A stretch of DNA of 64,000 nucleotides, taken from NCBI GenBank assembly GCA_964571235.1, contig CAZNAI010000002.1, positions 2,837 to 66,836 on the forward strand. The letters are read 5' to 3'. The DNA comes from an uncultured Ignavibacteriales bacterium (GTDB lineage: Bacteria > Zixibacteria > MSB-5A5 > GN15 > FEB-12). Made by a program: the position numbers and the translations under genes. This document shows positions 8,759 through 19,500 of this stretch, piece after piece (position 1 is the first letter of the stretch; every line of letters starts with the position of its first letter). Below the pieces are notes generated by a model that worked only from the letters and a program-made list of their open reading frames with translations, ran no database searches and was not told the origin of the DNA.

Positions 8759-10098
8759 AACGCCAACTCAAACCGGCCCGACGTATTGAAGGAACACTGG
8801 CTCTTCCGGGGGATAAATCTATAGCGCATCGCGCCGCCCTGCTTTCCATTCTTTCAAAGGGGCCGATCACTCTTAAGAATTTCCCTGACAGCGAAGATTG
8901 TCGTTCTTCACTGGCCGCGGTAGAACAATTCGGCGTCGTCGTTGTCAAGCAAGGCTCGGAATTGATATTGACTCCGCCAGAGCGACCAACTCTGCCGGAG
9001 AACGCGGTAGTTTATTGCGGGAATTCCGGTACCACCGCTCGTTTGCTGGCTGGAATAATCTCCGGGAGTAGCTTATCGGCAACTCTTACCGGTGACGAAT
9101 CTCTCAGTCGCCGCCCGATGAAGCGTTTGGTCGAACCTTTGGGCAGAATGGGCGCGGAGCTGACCGACCACAATGGTGGACTGCCGCTTGTAATCCACGG
9201 CCACACTCTGCTACCGTTCGAATACAAAATGCCGATTCCGTCGGCGCAAGTGAAGTCGGCAATATTGCTGGCCGGAATGGCATCGGGGTGCTCAATCCGC
9301 ATTACTGAAGAGATTGTATCAAGGGACCACACCGAACTGATGATTGGCACCCTCGGAGGGGGCATCGAAGTTCGGGAGATCAAGCCGGTTGCCACTCCCG
9401 ATCCCAATGATCCTCGCCGTACCAAAATGGTCATGCCCGAACCATTCAAGCGCGAGATCACGCTCTCATCCCGAGCGACCATCAGTGGTGGCGAGATTGA
9501 TCTGCCGGGAGACTTGTCGAATGCGTCGTTCTTATTTGCGGCCGCGGCAATGTGTAAGGGCAAGGTCTCGATCACCAATTGCGGAATCAACCCGACCCGC
9601 ACAGGTATACTGGAACATCTCAAAGCCATTGGCTGTAAAGTCACTGTCGAGGACAAAATGACGGTATCGGGTGAACTTCGCGCCAAAGTGACGGTGGAAG
9701 GCGGCTCACTCAAATCCCGAAAGATCTCCGGCGAGCGAACGGTAGATCTGATAGATGAGATTCCTGTGGTTGCCATTATGGCCGCGATGGCGGAGGGGAC
9801 CACGGTCATTCGTGATGCCTCGGAACTGAAACGAAAAGAATCGGACCGACTCGCCGCCCTGGCTGAAAATCTTGGGCGAATGGGTGTTAAGTGCGGGCTT
9901 CTCGACGACGGCATTGCCGTAGAAGGGCGGCGCGAAATCCATGGCGCTGATATGCTCGCATTTGGCGATCACCGGATCGCAATGGCGATGTCTGTGGCCG
10001 CGCTGGCGGCGTCGGGGCCTTCGTCCATTGACAACGCCGACGTAGTCGCGATCTCGTGCCCCGGTTTCTATGAATTGTTGGGAGCGATTGTGCATTGA
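8755..10098 (+). CDS. aroA: 3-phosphoshikimate 1-carboxyvinyltransferase (EPSP synthase)
   Basis: LPGDKSIAHRAALL, GNSGTTARLL, LSRRPMKRL and DHRIAMA. The start overlaps the upstream stop. Confidence 0.95.
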   Translation: MKRQLKPARRIEGTLALPGDKSIAHRAALLSILSKGPITLKNFPDSEDCRSSLAAVEQFGVVVVKQGSELILTPPERPTLPENAVVYCGNSGTTARLLAGIISGSSLSATLTGDESLSRRPMKRLVEPLGRMGAELTDHNGGLPLVIHGHTLLPFEYKMPIPSAQVKSAILLAGMASGCSIRITEEIVSRDHTELMIGTLGGGIEVREIKPVATPDPNDPRRTKMVMPEPFKREITLSSRATISGGEIDLPGDLSNASFLFAAAAMCKGKVSITNCGINPTRTGILEHLKAIGCKVTVEDKMTVSGELRAKVTVEGGSLKSRKISGERTVDLIDEIPVVAIMAAMAEGTTVIRDASELKRKESDRLAALAENLGRMGVKCGLLDDGIAVEGRREIHGADMLAFGDHRIAMAMSVAALAASGPSSIDNADVVAISCPGFYELLGAIVH

Positions 10099-10964
10099 GA
10101 AACGGTCTCCGTTTTGCGCTTATCGGCGAAGATGTCGGCTATTCAAAGTCCCCGGCCATCTTCGCCGCCATCTTCAAACAGCTTGGAAAAGAGGGCGAGT
10201 TCGACATCGCCCATGTCCAGTCGGCACAACTTCAGAGTTCACTCAAGCAATTGGTGCTCGAAGGGTACCGTGGGTTTTCTGTCACTATTCCGCACAAGCA
10301 GACTATACTGTCATGCCTTGATGATGTCGATCCGGTGGCACAGCGAGCAGAGGCGGTCAATTGTGTGGTGGTAGATGATCACCACCTGTTTGGGTACAAT
10401 ACCGACGCATATGGTTTTTCGTATCAGCTGATTCTCGATAACCGAAGATCGATTGGCGAACATGTGCTGATTGCCGGATGCGGCGGCGCGGCTCGAGCAG
10501 TGGCACACAGTTTGTACACTGACTTCGGTGTTCGCCGCATGACGATCCTCGGACGATCGCCCCAACGAGCCGAGCATTGCCGTCTAGGACTGGAAAGCAA
10601 GTACGAGAAGCTCAATGTCTCATCACGAGTGATGTCTGATTCAGCTCCGGCCGAGTCCCTCGAATATGACGCGGTAGTCAATTGCACGCCGCTGGGAGGA
10701 TTCACATTTCCTGACAGGTCACCATTTGGGCCGTGCATCCCGCTGAACAAAAATGGAATGTACTTCGACTTGAATTATAATGAGGGGAACAAACTTGTTT
10801 GTTCGGCCCGCATCCAAGGCGCCTACGCCCTCGATGGTTCACGTATGTTAGTTGCTCAGGCGATAAGAGCATTCAAGATCTGGACAAGTGTGGATGTCTC
10901 ATTCGACTCGATTTATTCGGCTATTTTTGGCAATTCGATTACTCAACCGATGACGCATGAATGA
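10095..10964 (+). CDS. aroE: shikimate dehydrogenase
   Basis: YSKSPAIF, GFSVTIPHKQ, NTDAYGF and GCGGAARAV. Confidence 0.9.
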   Translation: MRNGLRFALIGEDVGYSKSPAIFAAIFKQLGKEGEFDIAHVQSAQLQSSLKQLVLEGYRGFSVTIPHKQTILSCLDDVDPVAQRAEAVNCVVVDDHHLFGYNTDAYGFSYQLILDNRRSIGEHVLIAGCGGAARAVAHSLYTDFGVRRMTILGRSPQRAEHCRLGLESKYEKLNVSSRVMSDSAPAESLEYDAVVNCTPLGGFTFPDRSPFGPCIPLNKNGMYFDLNYNEGNKLVCSARIQGAYALDGSRMLVAQAIRAFKIWTSVDVSFDSIYSAIFGNSITQPMTHE

Positions 10965-11500
10965 AACGTGACCCGAACACTGTCATTTTTCTGGCTGGAT
11001 TCAGCGGGTCCGGCAAGACCACTGTGGGAAAGATCATAGCCAACCTGCTTGGCCGCCGTTTTTTCGATTTGGATCGCCAGGTGGAATTGAGCGCCGGTTT
11101 GCCGGTAAACGAGTTGTTCAAGTTGCGCGGTGAACGGGCATTTCGCCGCTTGGAATCCCAACGACTTAGATTGCTTTGCCGAACGGTGAAGGTTCCGGCG
11201 GTTGTAGCACTCGGCGGTGGTACTCTCTTGAGCAAATCAAATCAACAGCTTGTAAAATCCCATGGAAGATCGATGTATCTTCGCTGTTCACAGGTTGAAT
11301 TGAAAAGAAGGCTGGGCAAATCTCGGAACCGGCCCTTGCTTGGCGGCACACGCTCAGGAATTTCGAGAACAAGGATAGAAGCGCTTTTTGACCAACGCAA
11401 ATCCGGGTACGACAAGTGCGACTACTGGATTCCAGTCACAAATCTCAGCGCAGTCGCTGTGGCAAGGAAAGTGTGTGAGATCATCGAAACGACCACGTAG
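10961..11500 (+). CDS. aroK: shikimate kinase
   Basis: P-loop GFSGSGKTTVGK, then FFDLD. Typical size of 179 aa. Confidence 0.9.
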   Translation: MKRDPNTVIFLAGFSGSGKTTVGKIIANLLGRRFFDLDRQVELSAGLPVNELFKLRGERAFRRLESQRLRLLCRTVKVPAVVALGGGTLLSKSNQQLVKSHGRSMYLRCSQVELKRRLGKSRNRPLLGGTRSGISRTRIEALFDQRKSGYDKCDYWIPVTNLSAVAVARKVCEIIETTT

Positions 11501-12590
11501 TGTCGTCGTAAAGACCAGGACTCAATCGTACCGGGTGACACTGGGGCGTGGTCTAGATACTACCATCTATCGCGCGGCCCTGACGTCAACATCGGCTTGC
11601 AGGGTGTTTCTTGTGTTCGATGCTAACTTTAAGGCTTTTCATGGACCAACTCTGGAGCGAAAATGGAGGGGCGTCGCCAGAGGGACCAAGTCGCTGGTGA
11701 TCCCAAGTGGCGAGAAGTTCAAGACCAGAGAAGCAGTTGCCCGGATACAAGACTGGGCGATTTCTGAAGGTGCGTCCCCCGACGACATCCTGATCGCTTG
11801 TGGGGGCGGAGTGACCAGCGATATCGTCGGATTTGCCGCGGCGACACTTTTTCGAGGGATCAAGTGGGCCATCTGTTCGACGACTTTGCTCGGCATTGTC
11901 GATGCCTCAATCGGCGGTAAGACCGGGATTAATCTAGACTCTGGCAAGAATCTGGTAGGTGCGTTCTGGCAACCGTCATTCGTGATTGATGATCTGAACT
12001 GGCTGGCGACACTTCCGAACAGAGAACTCAATTCGGGAATTGCAGAAATTGTCAAATGCGCTGGTCTCAACGGTGGGTCGCTTCTGCGGCAGATTTTGAA
12101 GTGGGCACAGACGGGTTTTGACAGCAATCATGGTGAAGCGGGCAAACTCATCGGTGGCGTGATACGATACAAGGGGGAGATTGTCCTCGCCGACGAACGT
12201 GATAGAGGTCGTCGCCTGATTCTAAACTACGGTCACACAGTCGGTCACGCTATTGAACAGTCGCTTGAATTTCAGCGACTGACTCATGGCGAGGCGGTAC
12301 TGCTCGGTATGTTGGTTGCGACTGAAATCGAGAATGCTCTGGGGATCGGTGATCCCGGCTCTTTAGGAGAGTTCCGAACAGTGGTTGCCTCTGCCGCTGT
12401 CACAATTCCGAAAGTGCGCTTGTCTTCGCCGGCTATCATGCAGGCGATGGAAACTGACAAGAAGCGCAGACATGGCAAAATGCGAATGATCCTCTTACGC
12501 CGGCCGGGCACGGCAGTTATTCGTGAGGTTGATCCGAAAATTATTCGTCGTGCTCTCGCCACCGTTATCAGCAAGTATGGAAGACAATAG
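11475..12590 (+). CDS. aroB: 3-dehydroquinate synthase
   Basis: GGGVTSDIVGFAAA, DASIGGKTGINL, KNLVGAFWQP, NYGHTVGHAIE and HGEAV. The ORF is open from ATG 11388. I prefer GTG 11475, which sits 5 nt after aaggaaa, because it shortens the overlap with aroK. Confidence 0.88.
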   Translation: MRSSKRPRSVVVKTRTQSYRVTLGRGLDTTIYRAALTSTSACRVFLVFDANFKAFHGPTLERKWRGVARGTKSLVIPSGEKFKTREAVARIQDWAISEGASPDDILIACGGGVTSDIVGFAAATLFRGIKWAICSTTLLGIVDASIGGKTGINLDSGKNLVGAFWQPSFVIDDLNWLATLPNRELNSGIAEIVKCAGLNGGSLLRQILKWAQTGFDSNHGEAGKLIGGVIRYKGEIVLADERDRGRRLILNYGHTVGHAIEQSLEFQRLTHGEAVLLGMLVATEIENALGIGDPGSLGEFRTVVASAAVTIPKVRLSSPAIMQAMETDKKRRHGKMRMILLRRPGTAVIREVDPKIIRRALATVISKYGRQ

Positions 12591-13022
12591 ATGAAAACGA
12601 TCATAGTACTTCACGGCCCCAATTTGGACCTGCTCGGAAAGCGCCAGCCGGAGATTTATGGCTACAATACGCTTATAGAAGTAAACCAACTGATTGTCGA
12701 AGAGGCGAAAGCACAGTCAATTACTGTTCAGTGCTTTCAGGGGAACGACGAATTGTCATTGTGCGATTTTGTCAATAGACAGAAAGACAGCGCATTGGGC
12801 ATAGTCATCAACCCCGGCATTCTCTCACACTATGCAATTGGGCTTGGTGAAACGATCAAGTCCTCGGGTCTGCCCGCCGTGGAAGTGCATCTTTCAAATA
12901 TTCATGCACGGGAACGGTTTCGCCGTCGGTCGGTGATCGCAGAAGTTTGTGTCGCACAGATAGCCGGTCTTGGGGTCGAAGGGTATTTGGCGGCCATCCG
13001 TTTTCTTGCCAAACGCCTGTAG
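12591..13022 (+). CDS. aroQ: type II 3-dehydroquinate dehydratase
   Basis: VLHGPNLDLLGKRQPEIYG, INPGILSHY and VEVHLSNIHARE. Confidence 0.95.
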   Translation: MKTIIVLHGPNLDLLGKRQPEIYGYNTLIEVNQLIVEEAKAQSITVQCFQGNDELSLCDFVNRQKDSALGIVINPGILSHYAIGLGETIKSSGLPAVEVHLSNIHARERFRRRSVIAEVCVAQIAGLGVEGYLAAIRFLAKRL

Positions 13023-13063
13023 CCAAATTCTTGGTAAGCTGAACAGAGACTACTACTCTTGCC

Positions 13064-14455
13064 ATGACCACCGATGATAACCAATCATCCGCTGTGAAAT
13101 CCCTCTCCGCGCACGCAGAACGGGTCACCAGTGGTCCGCTGGCGAGGACAGTTGTGGCGCTCGCAATTCCGGTTGTGCTTGGGCAGTTGTTTCAGTTTTC
13201 CATGTCGATCATCAATTTGTTTTGGGTTGGGCGGCTTGGACCTGCGGCGCAAGATGCTATCACCACCGCCATGGTCATCATCTGGACAGTCTATGCCTCG
13301 GCTTCAATATTCACAGTTGGTGCGACTGCCCTCATATCGCGGGCGGTCGGGGCGGGGGACCCTGAAAGTGCGGCCAAGGTATTTCGGCAGTCGCTACTCT
13401 TCGGCAATTTTGTCTCGGCATTCTATGCGGCGACCGGGTTCATCCTCACCCCAACCCTCGTCGCCTTTATGGGAACAAGTTCCGAGGCCTCTGCTCATGC
13501 TATACCGTATATCCGGATATTCTTCTTTTCAGTGTTCTTTTTTGCGATTGAAGAGACCTGCTTTGCGGCGCTTCGCGCCTCAGGAAATACCAAAACGCCG
13601 ACGTTTGTCGGGATGCTGGTGGTGGGCATAAATGCTGTTCTCGATCCAATTCTGATTTTCGGGTGGGGGCCAATCCCGGCGCTGGGAGTGGCTGGCGCCG
13701 CAATCGCCTCGGCCTTCGCAATGTTTGTGGGCGCGGTACTGGTTGTCCGGTCACTTAGTCAGGGCAAGTTGGGTTATCAGGTCAAATCACCATTTGTTTT
13801 CTCCCCCAATTGGCCGACTATCGGCAAAGTGGCAAGGATTGGGCTTCCGATGGCTACCCAGCAAATAGCGTTCGTCGGAGTCTACTGGTTTTTGATGTCA
13901 GTTGTGCACCGGTTCGGCGAGGCCGCGGGAGCGGCGATGGGGATCGGCAACCGGATGGAGTCGCTTTCTTACCTGACCTGCTGGGGATTCTCCATAGCCG
14001 CTTCAACTCTGGTGGGGCAAAACCTCGGAGCGGGAAAACCGGACCGGGCACGGAAGGGGGCCTGGGCATCGGTGGGGCTTGCGGTTGTCGCGACGGCGAT
14101 CACCTCAGCGCTGTTCTTTGTCTTTCCGCACTTCATTGCCGGGATTTTTTCAAACGATCAAGAAGTGCGGCGTATCGCTGTGGACTATCTCATTATCCTT
14201 GGCGTATCGCAAACAACCATGGCGATTGAAATTGTTCTTGAGGGAGCTTTTACGGGAGCGGGGGATACCCTTCCGCCAATGCTTGTCTTTCTTCCGGGAT
14301 CGTTGGCCCGGATTCCACTGGCGTACTATTTGGCAATTTCCGCCGGTTGGGGGATCAACGGTGTTTGGTGGACCTTGACAATTACCACGCTTGCGAAGGC
14401 GGCGGTCTTGGCCGTTTGGTTTTCGCGCAATAAGTGGCAAGCCAAAACGCTTTGA
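13064..14455 (+). CDS. MATE family efflux transporter
   Basis: 463 aa with 12 TM segments and an internal two-fold repeat typical of NorM/DinF-type proteins. Confidence 0.8.
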   Translation: MTTDDNQSSAVKSLSAHAERVTSGPLARTVVALAIPVVLGQLFQFSMSIINLFWVGRLGPAAQDAITTAMVIIWTVYASASIFTVGATALISRAVGAGDPESAAKVFRQSLLFGNFVSAFYAATGFILTPTLVAFMGTSSEASAHAIPYIRIFFFSVFFFAIEETCFAALRASGNTKTPTFVGMLVVGINAVLDPILIFGWGPIPALGVAGAAIASAFAMFVGAVLVVRSLSQGKLGYQVKSPFVFSPNWPTIGKVARIGLPMATQQIAFVGVYWFLMSVVHRFGEAAGAAMGIGNRMESLSYLTCWGFSIAASTLVGQNLGAGKPDRARKGAWASVGLAVVATAITSALFFVFPHFIAGIFSNDQEVRRIAVDYLIILGVSQTTMAIEIVLEGAFTGAGDTLPPMLVFLPGSLARIPLAYYLAISAGWGINGVWWTLTITTLAKAAVLAVWFSRNKWQAKTL

Positions 14456-14547
14456 CATCTTGTTGACCCTGAACATCCCAATTGGTTTATTACGGTACAA
14501 TCTGGTGTACAACAAACAGATGAACGCCAAAGTCTAAGGTATATAAT

Positions 14548-15321
14548 ATGTCTGCAACGTATGTGAGATTTTCCCACTCCGGTACGACCGTCACCGCCTA
14601 CGGAAAAGTCGATGGAGATAAGGTCCAACCACTTGACAGAGCGCCGTGGTTGGGTGGCAAGCCGGCTGGAGCGTCGCATGCGCTCACCGAGTGCACACTT
14701 CACGCGCCGGTGGAACCAAGCAAGATTGTCTGTATCGGGCTGAACTACCACGCCCATGTCGCGGCCTCTTTTTCAGCCGACAAGGCCCCGGAGTATCCTC
14801 TCATGTTTCTCAAGCCACCCTCGGCCATAATCAATCCCGGCGACCAAATCATCCATCCCCCGGAGTCGGAACGAGTTGACTACGAAGCGGAGCTTGGCGT
14901 GGTGATCGGGCGAACAGCTCGCAAAGTCACGCAAGAATCGGCGATGTCGCATGTGTTTGGTTTTACCTGCGCAAATGATGTCACCGCCCGAGACCTTCAG
15001 AAAAAAGACGGCCAATGGTCACGCGCGAAGGGTTTCGATACATTCTGTCCGGTCGGGCCGCATATCGTGACCGAACTATCGTGTGAGGATCTGCTTGTTG
15101 AAGCCGTTCACAACGGGAGTGTCACACAGTCGGGCCGAACTTCACAGATGATCTTTAAGATTCCATTCCTGGTAAGCTACATCTCAAACGTCATGACACT
15201 CAATCCCGGCGATCTAATTTGCACCGGGACCCCTGCAGGAATACAGCCGATGAAACCGGGGGATACTATAGAGGTGAGAATTGAAGGCATCGGGTCGCTT
15301 GTCAATTCCATGGCACGGTAG
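14548..15321 (+). CDS. fumarylacetoacetate hydrolase (FAH) family protein
   Basis: KIVCIGLNYHAH, DYEAELGVVIG, NDVTARDLQ, WSRAKGFDTFCPVGP and PGDLICTGTPAG. Confidence 0.85.
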   Translation: MSATYVRFSHSGTTVTAYGKVDGDKVQPLDRAPWLGGKPAGASHALTECTLHAPVEPSKIVCIGLNYHAHVAASFSADKAPEYPLMFLKPPSAIINPGDQIIHPPESERVDYEAELGVVIGRTARKVTQESAMSHVFGFTCANDVTARDLQKKDGQWSRAKGFDTFCPVGPHIVTELSCEDLLVEAVHNGSVTQSGRTSQMIFKIPFLVSYISNVMTLNPGDLICTGTPAGIQPMKPGDTIEVRIEGIGSLVNSMAR

Positions 15322-15345
15322 AAACTCTGATTCTGATATGTACCA

Positions 15346-16536
15346 ATGACTGAGCGACTTTATTACACCGATCCCGCCCTTATCGAATTCGACGCTACTA
15401 TTGTCGATACGCGAGACGAGGGAGACCGCTTTGTCACAAAGCTCGATCGCTCGGCCTTTTATCCTACTTCGGGGGGACAATTGTCGGATCGCGGAACTCT
15501 TGGTGACTCAAGCATATTGGATGTGCAAGAAAGTGACGACGGGGAAGTGCTTCATTATAGCCAGACGTCGCCGGGAGTCGTTGGGCAAACTGTCAAGGGG
15601 CTGGTGGATAATGAGCGACGCTGGCGGAATCGCCAAATGCACACGGCGCAACACATCGTCAGCCAAACTGCCGTACGGCTGTTTGACGCGGAAACGGTTT
15701 CGGTTCATTTAGGGGATGAGTACGGTGCGGTGGAGCTTGACTGTGCCGAATTGCCTCCCGATCAAATTGACAAACTTGAGGCGAGGGTCAATCAGATAAT
15801 TCGCGATAATGCTCGTGTTGATATTTTGTTCGTGACTACAGAAGAGGCCAAGTCGCTCCCAGTGCGAAAATTCCCGTCCAGAGAAGGTAACATTCGCGTT
15901 ATCAGGATCGGCGAGTACGATTGGTCGGCGTGCGGCGGGACCCACTGCCACAATACAGCCGAGGTTGGCCTCGTGAAGTTTGTCGGAGTCGAAAAAATGC
16001 GCGGCCGGACACTCTTGCGATTTCTGTCAGGCGCACAAGCGATAGCGGACTATAGAAACAGATTCGATGTTACGGACAGACTATCAAAACAGCAAAGCTG
16101 TGCGGTCACCGATCTTGCCGGAAAATTTGACAAATTGCAGGAAGAGAACAGACAACTACGCAAGGACGTAACCGCTCTTTTGCGCGAACTAACTCCTCAG
16201 AAAGCGGAGAAGCTTGTCGCCACGGCCGAGCAGTTTGGTACCATACCCACTGTGATTGGTCAAGTGCATCCCTCAGAACAGGAGATCGCCGGGACGCTCG
16301 CGTCTGAGGTCGCCGGCCGAATCGGTGGTGTAGCTATTCTGGCATGTAACGATAAGTGGCTATTGGCCACTGACACAAATTCAGGTCAACACGCCGGAAA
16401 CATTGCCAAGTCTCTCAGCGCGAGATTCGGTCTTCGAGGTGGCGGAAGTGCCACCGCCGCACAGATTGGTGGGACCGCCCAAATCGACATTGACCAACTC
16501 AAGGCCGCGGTCCGGGAGATACTCGCCGGTGCGTAA
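15346..16536 (+). CDS. alaX: alanyl-tRNA editing protein, AlaX-L type
   Basis: FYPTSGGQLSD, HTAQH...H and CGGTHC zinc/editing motifs, plus a C-terminal DHHA1-like GGG region. Confidence 0.85.
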   Translation: MTERLYYTDPALIEFDATIVDTRDEGDRFVTKLDRSAFYPTSGGQLSDRGTLGDSSILDVQESDDGEVLHYSQTSPGVVGQTVKGLVDNERRWRNRQMHTAQHIVSQTAVRLFDAETVSVHLGDEYGAVELDCAELPPDQIDKLEARVNQIIRDNARVDILFVTTEEAKSLPVRKFPSREGNIRVIRIGEYDWSACGGTHCHNTAEVGLVKFVGVEKMRGRTLLRFLSGAQAIADYRNRFDVTDRLSKQQSCAVTDLAGKFDKLQEENRQLRKDVTALLRELTPQKAEKLVATAEQFGTIPTVIGQVHPSEQEIAGTLASEVAGRIGGVAILACNDKWLLATDTNSGQHAGNIAKSLSARFGLRGGGSATAAQIGGTAQIDIDQLKAAVREILAGA

Positions 16537-19500
16537 GATTGCCTTCATAATCGCCATCTTGATCGCATCGTCGGCAATTCAGGCGTATGCTCAGAGCGGC
16601 GGACGCCGCCTGAACCTTCAGCACGCCGACAAACTCGAGGTCATACTCTCAAAATTGCAGGACACCACCTTTGTCATTGGTTCGGTCATTTTCGAAACCG
16701 AAAGCGGGACTATCTACTGCGATTCCGCGTTTTGGATGAAAGAGAAACGGATCAAACTTAAGGGGCGGGTAATCCTCGACGACGCCGAGTATCACCTGGC
16801 GGCGGATTCGGTCGACTACGATTTACTCAACAACTCGGCCACCGCCGCCGGAGACTATGTTGAGCTCTGGTCACGAAAAGACTCTCTCTTTGCGGTAGGC
16901 ACAGTCGCCCACTATAACCGGACTGACAAGACCTTTGAGATGTGGCGAAGGCCGACGGTATACCTCAAATATCCCGACTCAAGTAACATGATCACGGTGA
17001 TTTCCGATTCGGTCAGATACGACGGCGTCATCAAGCGGGCCGAGGCAATCGGTCATGCCGACATTACCAGCGGTGACCTTCACGCCACGGCCGGGATAGC
17101 CACCATGTTCACGGCCGAGAACCGCCTGGAATTGGTCAATTCACCGGTGGCCAGCAAAGAGCAATCGCAGATTCGTGGTCATCGGATTCAGATGTTTACC
17201 GAGGGGAATTTCCTGCGCAGGATTGAAGTGTACGATTCCGCCGGAGGCGAATTTAATGAGCGTTCGGAGACCGATACAAGCCGGATTGATCGTTCGATAC
17301 TCACCGGAAAGAACCTCGTGTTCGACTTCGACTCGGGTCGGCTACAGACGGTCACCTGTTCGGGGCAAGCCTATTCGTGGTACCTGCCGTCGGACAAAGA
17401 TCGCGAGGAAACCAACGAAAATACCGTGTCGGGAGACACGATTACTTTTCGACTAAGAGATAACAAGCTTCAAGTTGTCGATGTACAGGGTGGAGCGGTC
17501 GGGTCGTTTGTTTCTGTCACACACGAGAGAAAAGACACTACAGTGACGGAAAAACGTGACACTATTGACTACCGCGGACAGTCGATCAGTTACGCTTTGC
17601 GCGACTCACTCATTAATCTATTGCGCAATTGCGAGGTAACCTCCGGCGATATGACGCTCGACGCGCACCGGGTCACTTTTGACACTCGCCGCAGATTGAT
17701 CGAGGCGTTTTCGGCAGTGCCCCCACCAGACACGAGTGTGGATACTTCGTCGTTTGCCAAAAGGCTTCAGCCAAACGCTATTCCGGTGGTCCTTAAAGAC
17801 GGCGCCGATGTTCTCTACGGCGACTACCTGACGTATGCCATCGACACCCGTAAAGGGCGAATTCTCAAGTCTAAATCATCGTATGAAACTGGGTATTTCT
17901 ACGGTGAGGATCTCTACCGCCAGCAGGAGAAAGTGTTTTATCTCGACGACGGCCGCTATACCACCTGTGATGCTGACGAGCCGCATTTCCATTTCTACTC
18001 CAAGAATCTGAAACTGGTGGAGAATGACCGGTTGATTGCCAAGCCGGTGGTTCTTTCGATCGGTCGGTTGCCGATACTGGCGATCCCGTACTATGTCTTT
18101 CCGCTTAAAAAGGGGAGACACTCCGGAATCCTTCCATTCACCCTCGGCAACTTTGAGCGCGGGGATAGGTATGTAAAAAACGTTGGGTACTACTGGGCGG
18201 CGTCGGAATATTGGGATTTGCAGGCGGCTTTAGACTATTTTGACCAGAACAGCACGTTGAATTTTTACGGGCGGACCACCTACGCCAAGCGATATGTGTT
18301 CAATGGTACTCTCAGCGGCAACTACACGCGCCTTTCGCGCTATGATGCCACCACCGCAACCGAGGGGGGGCAAATTCGCTGGACCATTGCGGGAAATCAC
18401 TCGCATACGTTTTCTCCGACCTTCCGCGTCAGCGCAAACGGGAGCTACCAATCGGACAATTCATTCTATCAGGACTATTCAACCGACCTGCAAGACCGGC
18501 TCAATCGCGTGGTCAGGTCCCAGGTTTCATTTAGCAAGCGATTCGGATCATACACTATCTCTGGAAACGTCACGCACGACGATGATCTGGATCGCCAGAT
18601 TCGAACCGATCAAATCCCGAGCCTTACTTTTTCGCAAGTGCGCCTCTACCCGCTGGGGAGTGGATCGATTGGGACCGACGGCAGTATGCACCGGAAATTC
18701 TATAACAATCTGGTTGCCACCTACACGCCGGGACTTCTCGGTTATTCCACGCGAACAACCAAAGACACACTCGTGGGAGTCGATACGATCAGCATTAGCC
18801 ACCGAAAGAAATACGTGCGGGTGAATCACTCGCTGGGGGTTTCGATGCCGCTCTCGGTAGCCAACCACTTTACGCTCTCGCCAAATCTTTCGTATTCCGA
18901 GGTTTGGTATAAAGTGTACAAGACCGACTTATCCGAATCTGCGGGTATCGATCCGTCCCGCACTTACCGGGCCCACGCCTACACAGTGGGCGCATCTCTA
19001 AATACAAAGGTATACGGCACGTTTAACCGGCATTTTCTCGGCGCCAGCGCACTGCGGCAAGTGCTCCAACCCTCAATTTCGTATGGGTACACGCCCGCCA
19101 TCAATCACAATCCTGTGGTGCGTAGCTTTGCAGGTGGCGGTCCGGGAAGTACAACCAAGTCTCAGAGTATGACGTTGGGATTCCAGCATTACTACCAGGC
19201 ACGAATCGGTAGCGACCAAAATACCCGTACACTTGAACTGCTGTCGGTAAGCCACTCACTGTCGCACAATTTCGAAGCCACCGGGCGGAAGTGGAGCGAA
19301 CTGGCTACTTCATTTAATTCCGCCCTTCTTCCCAAGATCAGTTTCAACGGGAGTTTGGTGCATAGTTTCTACCGCCCCGGAACCAACGAATTTCATCTGA
19401 CCAAATTGTATCAGCAGTCGTTTTCAATGGAGGCCCGCGTCGCATTGGCGGGCAAAACCTTTCTCCTGGATGACGCCTTCGCCGGTGTCACTAAGGGCGT

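Noticed and set aside
9012-9914. Long antisense or alternative-frame ORFs inside well-supported genes: 9012-9914, 41879-42781, 53316-54122, 35437-36327, 37717-38391, 4670-5557, 46090-46749, 3782-4399 and 32044-32697.
   Set aside because: Each lies opposite to, or out of frame with, a gene carrying unambiguous family motifs. Their translations are Arg/Ser/Pro-rich with no motifs. These are typical shadow ORFs of moderately GC-rich coding DNA.
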